Shown: piece by piece, positions 1-13,100 of the stretch
Layout of the letters: each line of letters starts with the position of its first letter
Numbering within the stretch: the stretch's first letter is position 1
NCBI GenBank assembly: GCA_951406725.2
Contig: OX597840.1
Span: 34,844,001 to 34,908,000, forward strand
Source: Octopus vulgaris
Taxonomy: Eukaryota
Direction: 5' to 3'
Length of the DNA stretch: 64,000 nt
Translations under genes and position numbers: made by a program
Notes under the pieces: generated by a model
Database searches by the model: none
The model's input: only the letters and a program-made list of their open reading frames with translations
What the model was told of the DNA's origin: nothing

Positions 1-353
1 CACAACTTCAAAAGAAACACTGGTATCATACGGTAAGGAGTATTCATAATGGACTTTGACCAGTCAGATCCTGAATCCTTACAGCAATGGGTGTGTGTGT
101 GTACTTTATTGCATTGGGTCTTTATCATGCAGTAAACAGTGTAAGACTCTGCGTGTGTATGTGTATGTATATGTGTGTGTGTGTTTTGGTCCATTGGTTC
201 TTTATCGTGCAGTAAGCAGTGTAAGACTATGTGTATATGTGTGGGTGTATATATATATGTGTGTGTATATATATGTGTGTGTGCTTTGGTCCATTGGGTC
301 TTTATCGTGCAGTAAACAGTGTAAGACTGTGTGTGTATATGTATATGTGTATG

Positions 354-386
<33 letters not shown>

Positions 387-3300
387 ATGTTTATCATCAT
401 CATCATTTAACTTCTGTTCTCCATGCTAGCATGGGTTGGACGGTTCGACCGGGTTCTGGGAAGCCATGAGGCTGCACCAGGCTCCAGTCTGATCTGGCAG
501 TGCTTCTACAATTGGATGCCCTTCCTAATGCCAACCACTCCGAGAGTGTAGTGGGTGCTTTTTACGTGCCACCGGCACAGGTGCCAGGGGAGTCTGGCAG
601 CGGCCACGATCGGTTGGTGCTTTTTACGTGCCACCGGCACAGAAGCCAGTCAATGCAGCGCTGGCATCGGCCACGTTTGGATGGAGCTTTTCATGTGCCA
701 CCGGCAAGGGTATCACAACTACTATTTCCATTTGATATTTATTTCAATGTTCATGTACTTGACTCAATAGGTCTCCTCAAGCACAGCAGGTTGTTCTGAA
801 ATCCAAAGTACTTTGAATGGGCTGGGGCTGTGTGTGTGTATATATATATATGTGTGTGTGTGTGTGCTTTGGTCCATTGGTCAAATCGTCCAACCCATGC
901 CAGCATGGAAAGCAGACACTAAACGATGATGATGATGATGATGTATCTAAAAGGTAAACAATTAAATGAAAAAAGAATAGCAAAGTCAAGTCACTGTTGT
1001 TTATTTGTGTTCCTTTATTTTTATAAGGTCCCTTTTGTTTGTGCCTTGTGGGGAAGAAGTGAATCTTTTATCCGGCTCGGACAATGGAGAGATCTGCTTG
1101 TACAATTTACGTAGAAAGTCGGTCATCAAGACGTGCAGCCATCATTCGGCCGCAGTGACCGATATGATTCTGACCGAAGACTCCAAGACGATGCTCAGGT
1201 AAGAGACTACAAACCATTCGCTTCCCCTTGGAGACACTCTCTTTACTCTGTTACTCTTTTAATTGTTTCAGTCATTTGACTGTGGCCATGCTGGGGCACC
1301 ACCTTTTAGTCGAGCAAATCGACCCCCGGGACTTATTCTTTGTAAGCCTAGTACTTATTCTATCGGTCTCTTTTGCCGAACCGCTAAGTTATGGGGACGT
1401 AAACACACCACCAACGGTTGTCAAGTGATGCTGGGGGGACAAACACAGACACATATATACATACATATATATATATATATAAATACAAAATGAGAAAATG
1501 GAGAAACATACCTAAATCAATCATCAACCATCAGATAATACCCAATCAATACTTTATTACACCATTACATAACAGCAATGACATTATACATAATATATTG
1601 CAAATATAACTAGACATGGAAATATAAATAGAAAATACACACGATGGGCTTCTTTCAGTTTCCCTCTACCAAATCCACTCACAAAGCTTTGGTCAGCCCG
1701 AGGCTTTAGTAGAAGACACTTGCCCAAGGTGCCACACAGTGGGACTGAACCCGGAACCATGTGGTTGGTAAGCAAGCTACTTACCACACAGCCACTCCTA
1801 CGCCTATTCTATGCCTAAACAGTTATTCTTTTGCACATAAACACTTTGAATGTTCTCTCTTTCACTTGATTCCTAAACCATCAATGTTATATGCCACACT
1901 CTTCAAAAAATCAATTCTTCATGTTGACCCATATTGAACGACCGATCTTTTGCGGCATTCAGTTACTCTTCGATGTCATGTACATGAAGTTGACGGACCT
2001 CCTCAAAGAATTTCAGTCCTTTTTTACCTTGAACGAACCCTTCCTCTTCCTTCAGAGCTTTTCTAGCATTTAACGAATCTACATCAACTGGATGAAGGTC
2101 CTCACTAGAAAAATAAATAATTTTCGTCTCAGTGTTTTCCATTACGGTGTAAATTCACACTGAACAAAACCTTCGTTTTTCTCACATTTCCAGTATTCTT
2201 TTCCTAGTTTTGTATTTCATTTATTTTTCATTTATGCACCTTTTTCAAGCCTAGCCAGACTCATGGGCCCAGTTTCCCGGTTTCTGTGGCGTATGTGATC
2301 CCCTCAGATGGACAGGACACCAGTCCATCGCAATGTTACTCAAGAAACAGGAAGAGAGAGTGAGAGAAAGTTGGGGCGAAAGAGTACAACAGGGATCACC
2401 ACCACCCCCCGCCGGAGCCTCGTGGAGCTTTAGGTGTTTTTGCTCAATAAACACACACAATGCCCGGTCTGGGAATTGAAACCGCGATCCTCTGACCTAA
2501 CCACTGGGCCATTGCGCCTCCACTAGTTTTGTATTGCTTGAATGAAAATCGTAGATGTAATTACTTGAATCAATTACTTTTCTTTTTGTTTTTGGTCGAT
2601 ACTAGGAACTTTGTCCTTTCGGGATGGGTAAATTTAAAAGGTGTACACTAAATTTGCAGCACTCTCTATGCACAGCACCACACTTAAGTGAGAGGGGGAC
2701 AAAGAGAAAGTAAAACTGTTAACAGAGAAGAAAAAAGAAAGATGATTAACAATCCTACAATGCGGTTCATTATAGTTTTGTGAATATATCATTAGAGATA
2801 TTTCACCTTGTTTTCCAAATGGTTTATTTAAAATTGGACATGTTCACTGTTCATCAACTTGTCTACCTGACTCCTTTGTCTTTCTGTTTATCTCTCTTCC
2901 TCTCTGGTTTTTTTTTTTTTCGTTCCTATATTTTCTAACTTTTTTCCTTGTCTACCTGATTGTCTCTTTGTCCATCTAAATGCCATTTTGCCAATAAAGA
3001 CAAAGACGGAACAGACCAAAGAAAAGAGGAGACGTGAAAAACAGAAAGTCATTGAAGGGGTCACAGAATGCATGGCAAAAGAACTCTGGCAAAGAAACTA
3101 ATAATAATAAAACTTAAGTGAAGATCAAATAAGTAGTGGTGGTGGTAGTAGTAGTGGTGGTAGTGGTAGTAGTGATAGTAGTAGTATTAGTAGTAGTAGT
3201 AGTCGTAGTAGTATCATCTGAACGTTCCTCTATCCATTGAGCCATCTGTCCTATTTTGCAATTTCATTTGTTTCTCCCTGTTTCTATTCCAGTTCTGGAC

Positions 3301-6300
3301 GTGACAACATAGTCACAATGTGGGACACGGAAACCTTGACCGTCCAGAAGACCATTCCAGTCTACGAGGTACTCTTTCTAGAAAGTTCCTTATCTCTTGC
3401 AATACACCGAACCGCAAAAACAGAAACACAAGACGAGTTCCCTCAACTTTTCTCACCCAATCCTTGCTCAGACTATTATGGGTTCACAACACCCAAACAC
3501 TGGGTTACAGAAGATCTTGACTATTAAGGACCTTCTGAGCCCTTGAGAATCTTCATTTCTTGTGTGCCTCTATTACTTATATACTTAATTCATCTAAGAT
3601 CATCATCATCATTTAACGTCCGCTTTCCATGCTAGCATGGGTTGGACGGTGCAACTGGGGTCTGGGGAGCCAGATGGCTGCATCAGGCCCAGTCTGATCT
3701 GGCGATGTTTCTATGGCTGGATGCCCTTCCCGACGCCAACCACTCCGTGAGTGTAGTGGGTGTTTTTTACGTGTCACCGGCACAGGGACCAGAGGAGGCT
3801 AGCAAACGGCCACGATCGGAATGGTGCTAGGGAAATTTGGCTGCTATATCTATCATGTTGCCTAACACAGAAAGGTTCCATTTGGCTTTTATTACTCATT
3901 CCGCTAATTTCATCATCATCGTTTAGCGTCCGCTTTCCATGCTGGCATGGGTTGGAGGATTTGACTGAGGGCTGGTGAACCAGATGGCTGCACCAGGCTC
4001 CAGTCTTGATCTGGCAGAGTTTCTACAGCTGGATGCCCTTCCTAACGCCAACCACTCCATGAGTGTAGTGGGTGCTTTTATGTGCCACCAGCACGGGGGC
4101 CAGTCAGGTGGCACTGGCAACGACCTCGCTTGAATCTTTTTACACATGCCACTGGCACAGGTGCCAGTAAGGCGATGCTGGTAACGATCACGCTCGAATG
4201 GTACCTCCTACATGCCACCGGCACGGAAGCCAGTTAGCTGCTCTGGCAATGATCACGCTCGAACCAGATGGCTGCACCAGGCCTCAATCTTGATCTGGCA
4301 GAGTTTCTACATCTGGATGCCCTTCCTAACGCCCTACTTCAGAAAGACATAAACACCACACAATCACATTTGTCTCTCCTGTATTCATTCATACATCTTG
4401 TTTTTTTCTTTTTCTTTTGTAGCCCATAGAATCCTTGGTTTTGGTTGCCAGGCATTTCAAGAAAAAAAAGGGTCCTTGTTTTATAACTGCAGGGTCCAAA
4501 GGTAACGGATCTGTTTGTTTCTTCTGCTTTTTTTCCTCACTTTTTCTCCACAACACTATGTCTTCCTCCCCTCTGACCTATTTTCTAAAGGTGCTGGGGG
4601 TCTTCTTCTTCTTCTCCTCCTCCTTCTTCCATTGTTGTCTGTTAATTTTATTATTAACTAGCAGTTTCACCTGGCGTTGCTCGGGTTTGTTTCAACCCTT
4701 TAGAATTGGAATTTTTGAAAAGTAAAAATTTTGCATTATGTAGCTTGTTATTCTCTCTAAGTGAACATTTTTCTGGTTGAATTACACCAAAAAATGTCGA
4801 CACAGCAGTAAAAAAATCGTAAAAAATTAGGATTTTCATAGAAAAAAAGCACTTTTTGATGTAAATAATTTTTGGTGTTAACATGGCCCGATTTGAATTT
4901 TTTCTTCTACGGAATGAAGAGCAGGCCTTCTTCTATCATACTCTTAATTTTGGTCAACTTGTGCCGCAGGGTCTCAGAGGAGATAGTGTTAGTTGAAGGC
5001 TACCAAACCTGCCATACACAGACAACTTCAGCTTTATATATATAGATTTGTTAATCTTCTTTCTGCAGGTGTATTGAATGTGTGGGATGCTGACAAAGGT
5101 ACGACCATTGTTAAACAGACTGAGAGCCAACACAAATCTGGCATCATGCAGGCAACTTCCACCGGGATCATTCTTGATCATGATGAAGATAAGGACGAGG
5201 CTGATGATGATGAAGATGCTGGTGGTGATGGTGAAAGCATTGTAGTGGTGGATAATGATTGCATCATTTCCCTCTACAATCCTAAAGATTTGAGCTGTAG
5301 AAAACAGGTAAATATTAAGGAATTTACACCTCTGCCATTTGCATTATGAAAGGTGTTGAGGTGGAGGATGACAGGGCTGAAAATTACCGAACGTTTCCTT
5401 TCATCTTTTAACAAAATATAAGTACAGGGGTCAATTCATTCATCTAAAAGTTTTGTTTTTGATTTTGTCTTTGCAGTTTTGTGGTTTCTTTGACGATGTT
5501 CTTGAGGTGAGATTCTTTGGTTTCAAGGAGGAATTTATGGCCGTTGCCAGTAACTCGGAGAACATTGCTGTTTATAAAATCAGTGACTGGACTTGTCAGG
5601 TTTTGCGGGGTCACACAGAGATTGTCATTGGTCTGGACGTATGTCCGACAAAACCTCAACTGCTGGCCAGTTGTTCCAAGGTAACACATTAATCTCATTT
5701 CTTAAACCCTCCGCTTCCTTTGGAGTGTAGGCCACCACCAACTTTTTTACCATACTTCTTGCTACCAGATTGTCTTTTCAGCTCCTTTCCTGATGGATCC
5801 CTACTTTTCCAACTTTGCCTCAGTATTTTAGGGCATCATCTGCTTTCCCTGAGTAAGGGCCTTCCTCTCCCAGATCTTGTTGATTTGAATTATCGATTCT
5901 TCTGTAATTTTGCTGGGGGGTTTTTCTAGATAAAAGTGTTGGCCCTTCACGAACCCATTTTCACCTCTGGGAAGAGGTAGTCCATATTAGTTTGGCCTCT
6001 ATCCTTTGACCTATCCAGCCTGAAAAGCCCCAGCAGTAGCCTGTACTCTGCTGGCACTGCTCTCAAGGTCATCGAACCATGCAACCCACTGCAAGGACCG
6101 TGTGGTGGAATATATTATATTAATTAAGGTGGCGAGCCGGTAGAATCGTTAGCACGCCGGGCGAAATGCTTAGTGGTATTTCGTTTGCTGCTACGTTCTG
6201 AGTTCAAGTTTCGCCGATGCCGACTTTGCCTTTCATCCTTTCGGGGTCGATAAATAAAGTACCAGTTATGCACTGGAGTCGATGTAATCGACTTAATCCC

Positions 6301-7381
6301 TTTGTCTGTCCTTGTTTGTCCCCTCTGTGTTTAGCCCCTTGTGGGTAGTAAAGAAATATATATTAATTAACCGTCCAACCCATGCCAGCTGGGGAATGGA
6401 CGTTAAAGGATGAAGATCATCGTAGCAGTGCTGCAGATTATGAGATTATGAAGAGGAAGGAGACGACCATCACCTGTAATTGTTGGCACTCGTATAATTT
6501 TGCAGCATAAGGGAGATCACTCTTCGTTCTTAATAAATAAGTGCTACCTTCCTTTCTTACCCCTCATTAATGTTCTTGAAGGTAGACTTAGCCAATTTAT
6601 TTGAATGCTGTATAGACATGTAGGCACAGGCATGGCGGTGTCGTTAAGAAGCTTTGCTTACTGACCATGTGCTCTTGGGTTCAATCCCTCTGTGCAGCAC
6701 CCAGGGCAAGTATCTTCTACTTTAACCCTGGGCCAACTGTAAGCAGATTTGATAGACAGAAACTGATGTATGGTGCAGAAACAAATGTTGTGATCTACAA
6801 TTAAAGCCTGATATCCTCCTTCCTTGTGTCATATTATTCTGATATATATATATGAGCCTCCGTGGCCCAATGGATAAGGCACCGGCCTCCTAAGCCGGGG
6901 ATTGCGGGTTCGAGTCCCGTCGGAGGTAGATTCTACATTTTCGTTTTGCTGTCCAACCCATGCTAGCATGGAAAACGGACGCTAAATGATGATGATGATG
7001 ATGATGATATATGGTAAAGGGTCATGAATATATGAATGACCATGGGATTGCACCTAGAAAGTTACCCTCCGAGGCACAAATCCGGGCAAGATTGTTTATG
7101 CAAGACCAGCAGTCGCCCATGCACACCAGCCTCCCTTTTCCACACCACTGATGTTATCTAAGGGAAAGGAAAAAGGGGCCGATACAGCTTGGCACCAGTG
7201 ATGTCACCATAACTTATTTCTACAGCTGAGTGAACTGGAGCAACATGAAATAAAGTGTCTTGCTCAAGAACACAACACAGAGCCCGGTCCCGGAAACAAA
7301 CTCACTACCTCATGATTGTGAGTCTGACGCTCTAACCACTGAGCCATGTGCCATCACTATCCTCATACATACATATATATA

Positions 7382-7433
<52 letters not shown>

Positions 7434-8228
7434 TATACATGTATACACACACACCGATATATCTGTGTTGTGTTTGTCTCCCCCACTGTTTGACACCTTG
7501 TGTTGGTTTGTTTTCATCCCTGTAACCTAGCAGTTCAGCAAAAAGGACTGATAAATGTACCACGCCTTAAAGAATAAGCACTGGGATTGAATCGTTTGAC
7601 CGAACTCTTGAATGTGGTGCTCCAGTATGGCCACAAGCCAATGACTGAAGCAAGTAAGATAAAAATAAAAGGAAGGTTCGTACACTGATGTCTCTTCCAC
7701 ATTTCTCTTTTGTTCTGCAGGACAAAACCATACGTTTATGGCTTCTGACTAAAGACCGGTCAGTCTGCTGTGTTGCCATTGGTTACGGCCATTCCATGTC
7801 CGTTGATGCTGTGGCCTTTTTCCGGTAAGTTTTATTTTATTTACATGATAGGTGTAGGAGTGGCTGTGTGGTAAGTAGCTTGCTTATGAACCACATGGTT
7901 CCAGGTTCAGTCCCACTGAAAGGAATTCTTTGAGGTTTGGATAATTCTCTTCTGGAAACATGGGTGTTTCGTTCAACATCCTTAAACAACCCTTATTCAG
8001 GGACCTTTTGAGCGGGATGGGTTACTCGACCTGAAGAAATTCTAACCGGGCCCCACCTGCAAGGTCATGTGCTGTTATTCTTGATATGAGATAACCATGT
8101 CGCGCACATATGGTTGTGATGCATGTGCCTGGTGTACCCTTATCAGACGGGTAGTCATGTTGGGTATACTGGGCTTTGTATATTTGTACCCCAGTGTCAC
8201 TTTGATGGCATGCACAGCTCTCTCACTC

Positions 8229-8259
<31 letters not shown>

Positions 8260-10076
8260 GTTTCAAACTTTGGTGCAAGGCCAGCAAATTTCAGGGAAAG
8301 GGCTAAGTCACTTATATATCAACCCCAATGCTTAACAGGTACTCAGCAGGATTTGAACTCATTACATAAAAATGCTACTAAACATTTTGCCCAGTGTCCT
8401 AACAACTCTGCCAGCTTGTCACCCTCGTTATCACTGTAATTATAATAACGATGTTGTTGACGACAATAAAGTTTTTTTTGTTTTTTTCCACAAGGACCTC
8501 ATCTTCAAAGCTTCTTAGTGTATCAACGGACTGTACAGTGAAAATGTGGAAAATTCCTGCGGAGTTCTCCAAGAAGGAATCGGCCGTAATGAAGGCTAGT
8601 CAGATGGGAAGTGGTCATTCCAAAACTATTTCCTGTGTTGCTGTGTCACCAAATGATAATCTCTTTGCAACTGGGTCTGAAGACCACACGGCTAAAGTGA
8701 GTACGATTCCAATCTTTTGGTCACCATATTTCTGTCGGAATATGTCCCCTTTATTTGAATTCATTTAAGGAATTAAATAACTTCGTCGTTATTAACTGTT
8801 TTGATACCAATCCGTCTGAATCTGCTCCTGTTTCTGTGATAAAATTTACTGTTTTAATCCTTTAGCATTTGGCAAACTGACCATAAGCACTCAATGCATT
8901 CTAAGTGTTTTGTGTTCAGACTGGCCCAATCAGGCATCTCATACCTACCCTGCAATGTCATTCTAAAAATAAACTATCAGCGCAGGAGTGGCTGTGTGGT
9001 AAGTAGCTTGCTTGCCAACCACATGGTTCCGAGTTCAGTCCCACTGCATGGCGCCTCGGGCCGACCAAAGCCTTGTGAGTGGATTTGGTAGGCAGAAACT
9101 GAAAGAAGCCCATCATATAGTGGTTAAGAGCACTGGCTAGTAACCCCAAGATTCCGTGTTCGATTCCAGGCAGTGACCTAAATAATAATAATAATAATAT
9201 CGAAAAATACTTCAGGAATGAGAACCCAGGTTCAAAATTTCCCCAAGACACCTGAAGAAGGCTGGAGAGTACATCAGCCGAAATGTGTTAACAACAAACA
9301 AGATGAGGACAAATATCCGTCAATTCTAAATAATGTACATAATTCCTCATCTCTTAAATATAGAACTGTATCTGGTTACTTGTTCTTTATATCCTTCGGG
9401 ATTTTATGATGTGTTTTTCCATTTTATTTTTGCAGCTCTGGGACGTGTCATCATTTGAAGTCCTTGGTGTTTTCAAGGGACACAAATCGCGCTTGACGTC
9501 AGTGGCATTCTCCCCTGCGGACAAGGTAAGGACTTTTAACAAAATAATTATATTCCTCATCTTTGCTATTCGTAATTAGATGAATAGATTAATTATAGAT
9601 ATGCACAGGTGTGGTAAGAAGCTCGTTTCTGAACTGCATGGTTCCAGGTTCAGTCTCACTGTGTGACACCTTGGGCAACCTTCTATAGCCTCAGGTTGAC
9701 CAAGACCTTGTGGGTGTGTTTCGGAAAGGAAAACTGAAAGAAACCCATTGTATACACCCGCTAAGGGTGGGTGTTACTGTAGCTTTTAGCCCCAGGAGAT
9801 CATCGTCTCCAGCTGGTTTTAGACACACTTTCTGTGCCCTTATGGTATTTGCAAAGGGAGGTCATCCCTCCCTCATCAACCTAAGTGACACGCACGGACT
9901 GCAATTTCTAGGGATGGCCTTCCTTTGCAAATATCATAAGGGCACAGAAAGTGTGTCTAAAGCCAGCTGGAGACGATGACCTCCTGGGGCTACAAGCTAC
10001 AGTAACACCCACCCTTAGTGGTTAGCCATATTGTCGAGCGGTTACTGTTTACATCTCGTTCTGAGTTTTATTATTG

Positions 10077-10122
<46 letters not shown>

Positions 10123-13100
10123 GTAATCCCCCTTGATTTGAAACCTGTTTGATAGGTGTTGGTGCACAACACACTCGGCCCTCGAGTCACTCTGTAACTT
10201 CTGCTGATTAATAATAATAAAATGTGTGTGTTTGTGTTTGTTTTGTAATTGTGTGTTAGTTGTAAACGAGTGCCAGTCTCATACAAGTGGTGTTTCCTTC
10301 ATCTGCAATCTTCCATGGGAACATGTCCAGCCAAGGTGAAATATTACCTTGCTTGGAAATAGGTGAGGGTTGGAGACTGGAAAGGCATCCGACCATAGAA
10401 AAATCTGCTTCAACAAATTCCATCCACCCGATGCGAGCACGGAAAAGGGAACATTAATAAGAAGGTGTTGGCAATGGGGTCAGGAAATGGAGTTTAATTC
10501 TTTGTCTTTGTCTTTGCAGTGTGTTTTCACCGCATCCCACGATAGAACCGTCCGAGTTTGGAAGATTTCAGACTTCACCACAGCAATGGTAAGTATCTTC
10601 TCTGTTGTATATAACCAGGTTTCATTTGTTATGCTAAATAATACTGCTGCTGCTACTACTACTACGTGTTATTCAAGGCCTCGATGTCAACAAGGGTCAC
10701 GGCCCTGACGGCATACACCCACGGGTTATCAAAGCGTTGGCTCCGGTCATCTGCGAGCCCTTAACACGACTATTCAATATGTCATTGGCGACGGGTGTTA
10801 TACCTGCAGACTGGAGAACAGCAATAATCTGCCCAATTTTCAAGAAAGGGAGCCGCGAAGACCCGCTTAACTACCGACCGGTTTCCCTTACATCAATAAT
10901 CAGCAAGATGTTCAAAACCATCCTTAAGAAAAGTATGATGCTCCACCTCCTAAACACTGCCTCTATCTCTGATTCCCAACACGGCTTCGTGCCAAAGAGA
11001 TCATGCTTGACCAACTTACTAGTAATGGAAGAATTGGTGACGCGCATCCTCGATGATAGTGATGCTCTTGACATCGTTTTACTGGACTTTGCCAAAGCTT
11101 TTGACTCGGTAAACCACCGCCTATTACTTGTCAAGCTTCAAGCATATAGTTTCCATCCGGATATTGTACGATGGGTTGGTGCCTTCCTCTCAGATCGCTC
11201 CTTCCAAGTCCAAGTTAATGGTTCGCGGTCCGACGTCTCCAGTGCGAGCAGTGGCGTGCCTCAAGGTTCAGTGCTTGGGCCCTTGTTGTTCTTAGTCTTC
11301 ATAAATGACTTGCCCGACGACCTCACGCAACACACCCTTCTATTTGCCGACGATATCAAACTGGTTGCTCCTCGCGGTAATATAGAGGATATTCGTCGAT
11401 GCCTCCACCAAATTTGGAAGTGGTCTAACGATTGGGACCTGTGTCTGAACGTGTCAAATTGCTGTCATCTGCCTGTCGGCTCTACTCCTGCAACTCAACT
11501 TGATTTCGAGCCGGGTCGTTTGCTGCTGGAGAGGACCGATCAGGTAAAGGACCTAGGTATCTTGGTGGATTCCTCCTTTTCGCCTTCGGCCCAGTGCGTC
11601 CATGCTGCCAACAAAGCACGCGGAATTCTGTTCTTGATTCGACGGTCATTCGGAATGCTCACAGCAGCCATATTCCTACCACTCTATGTCACGCTGGTGA
11701 GACCCATATTGGAGTATGGGATTCAAGCCTCTTCTCCTTATCTCCTCAAAGACATACAGCATCTCGAAAGAGTCCAGAAGCTGGCTACCCGCATGGTTCA
11801 TGGTCTCAAAAATTTGTCCTACGAAGAAAGGCTGAGGACGCTTGACCTTTATTCTCTTGAAAAACGCCGCCGCTGTAGTGATCTCATTCTCGCCCACAAC
11901 ATCATAAGCAGAAAGTGTAACCTCTCGAAAGAGCTGTTCTTCACTCCTGCTCCAGAGCGTCGGCTGCGGGGTCATTCCGAAAAGCTCTACCTGCGACGAT
12001 TTCATCTCAATCGAAGGAGAGGAGCTTTCTCCGTCCGGGTTGCGGATCCGTGGAACAAGCTGCCAGACGAGATGGTGAAGATGCCGACGACTGCTTTGTT
12101 CAAAGCCTCCCTGGACCTCAAGTGGCCTGAACTCTTTACATGAACACCACCCTGTACTTAACTCCATGTCCCCCTACATGGCCTTGCTATTTGCTTTTGA
12201 GCCAAATTAACTAACTAACTAACTAACTACTATAAATAATGTAAAATGTTTTGGTGCATGACTTTTTGCCCACCCTGTCTAAACACACCACATTCTCTGA
12301 GATTCTCTGCTATTTTCAGGTCCTTAACCATGAGATGCCTGTTATGAAGATCTTGTTTTTAAACAATGGACGCCATGTTATCACCGGGTGAGTCTTAATA
12401 CATCTCCTACTCTTTCCTTTCTTTGTCTCCTCTTCATAAAACTCTGTGTGTGTGTACACAGTGGTTTCGCTATTCAGTTCACACTTATAAAGTCGTGTGT
12501 CTGATTCCGGGTGGAATTGTACCTGCAATTCAAAGGGCCAGCACTGACACATTCCATATCATCATCATTGTTTAACGTCCGCTTTCCATGCTAGCATGGG
12601 TTGAACAATTTGACTGAGGACTGGCGAACCAGATGGCTGCACCAGGCTCCAATCTTGATCTGGCAAATTTTTGTCTCTGTGGTACTGTATGTCTGTATAT
12701 GGTACTGTATGATTATGAGTCTATGGTACTGTATGTGTTTGTTTCTCCGTGAGACTGTGCATTTGTATCTGATGCCTACATGATCATTGTCATTGTCGTA
12801 GTTTAACGTCCGTTTTCCATGCTGGCATGGGTTGGACGATTTTGACTGAGGTCTGGCGAACCAGATGACTGCACCAGGCTCCAATCTTGATTTGGCAGTG
12901 TTTCTACAGCTGGATGCCCTTCCTAACGCCAACCACTCCGAGAGTGTAGTGGGTGCTTTTACGTGCCGCCGGCATGAGGGCCAATCAGGTGGTACTGGCA
13001 ACAGCCACACATTTGGTGCCCTTTATGTGCCACCTGCACAGGAGCCAGTCCGTATGTCATGCTGAATCTCCCTGAGAACTACAGTTAGGCTACGCATGTC

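Noticed and set aside
6127-6215. Additional tRNA genes at SINE heads (also about 9118, 53228, 61177)
   Set aside because: They have A/B-box-like motifs but no complete cloverleaf, and they continue into SINE bodies.
11676-12167. 163-aa antisense ORF in the LINE
   Set aside because: A shadow frame of the GC-richer RT coding sequence with no recognisable motifs.
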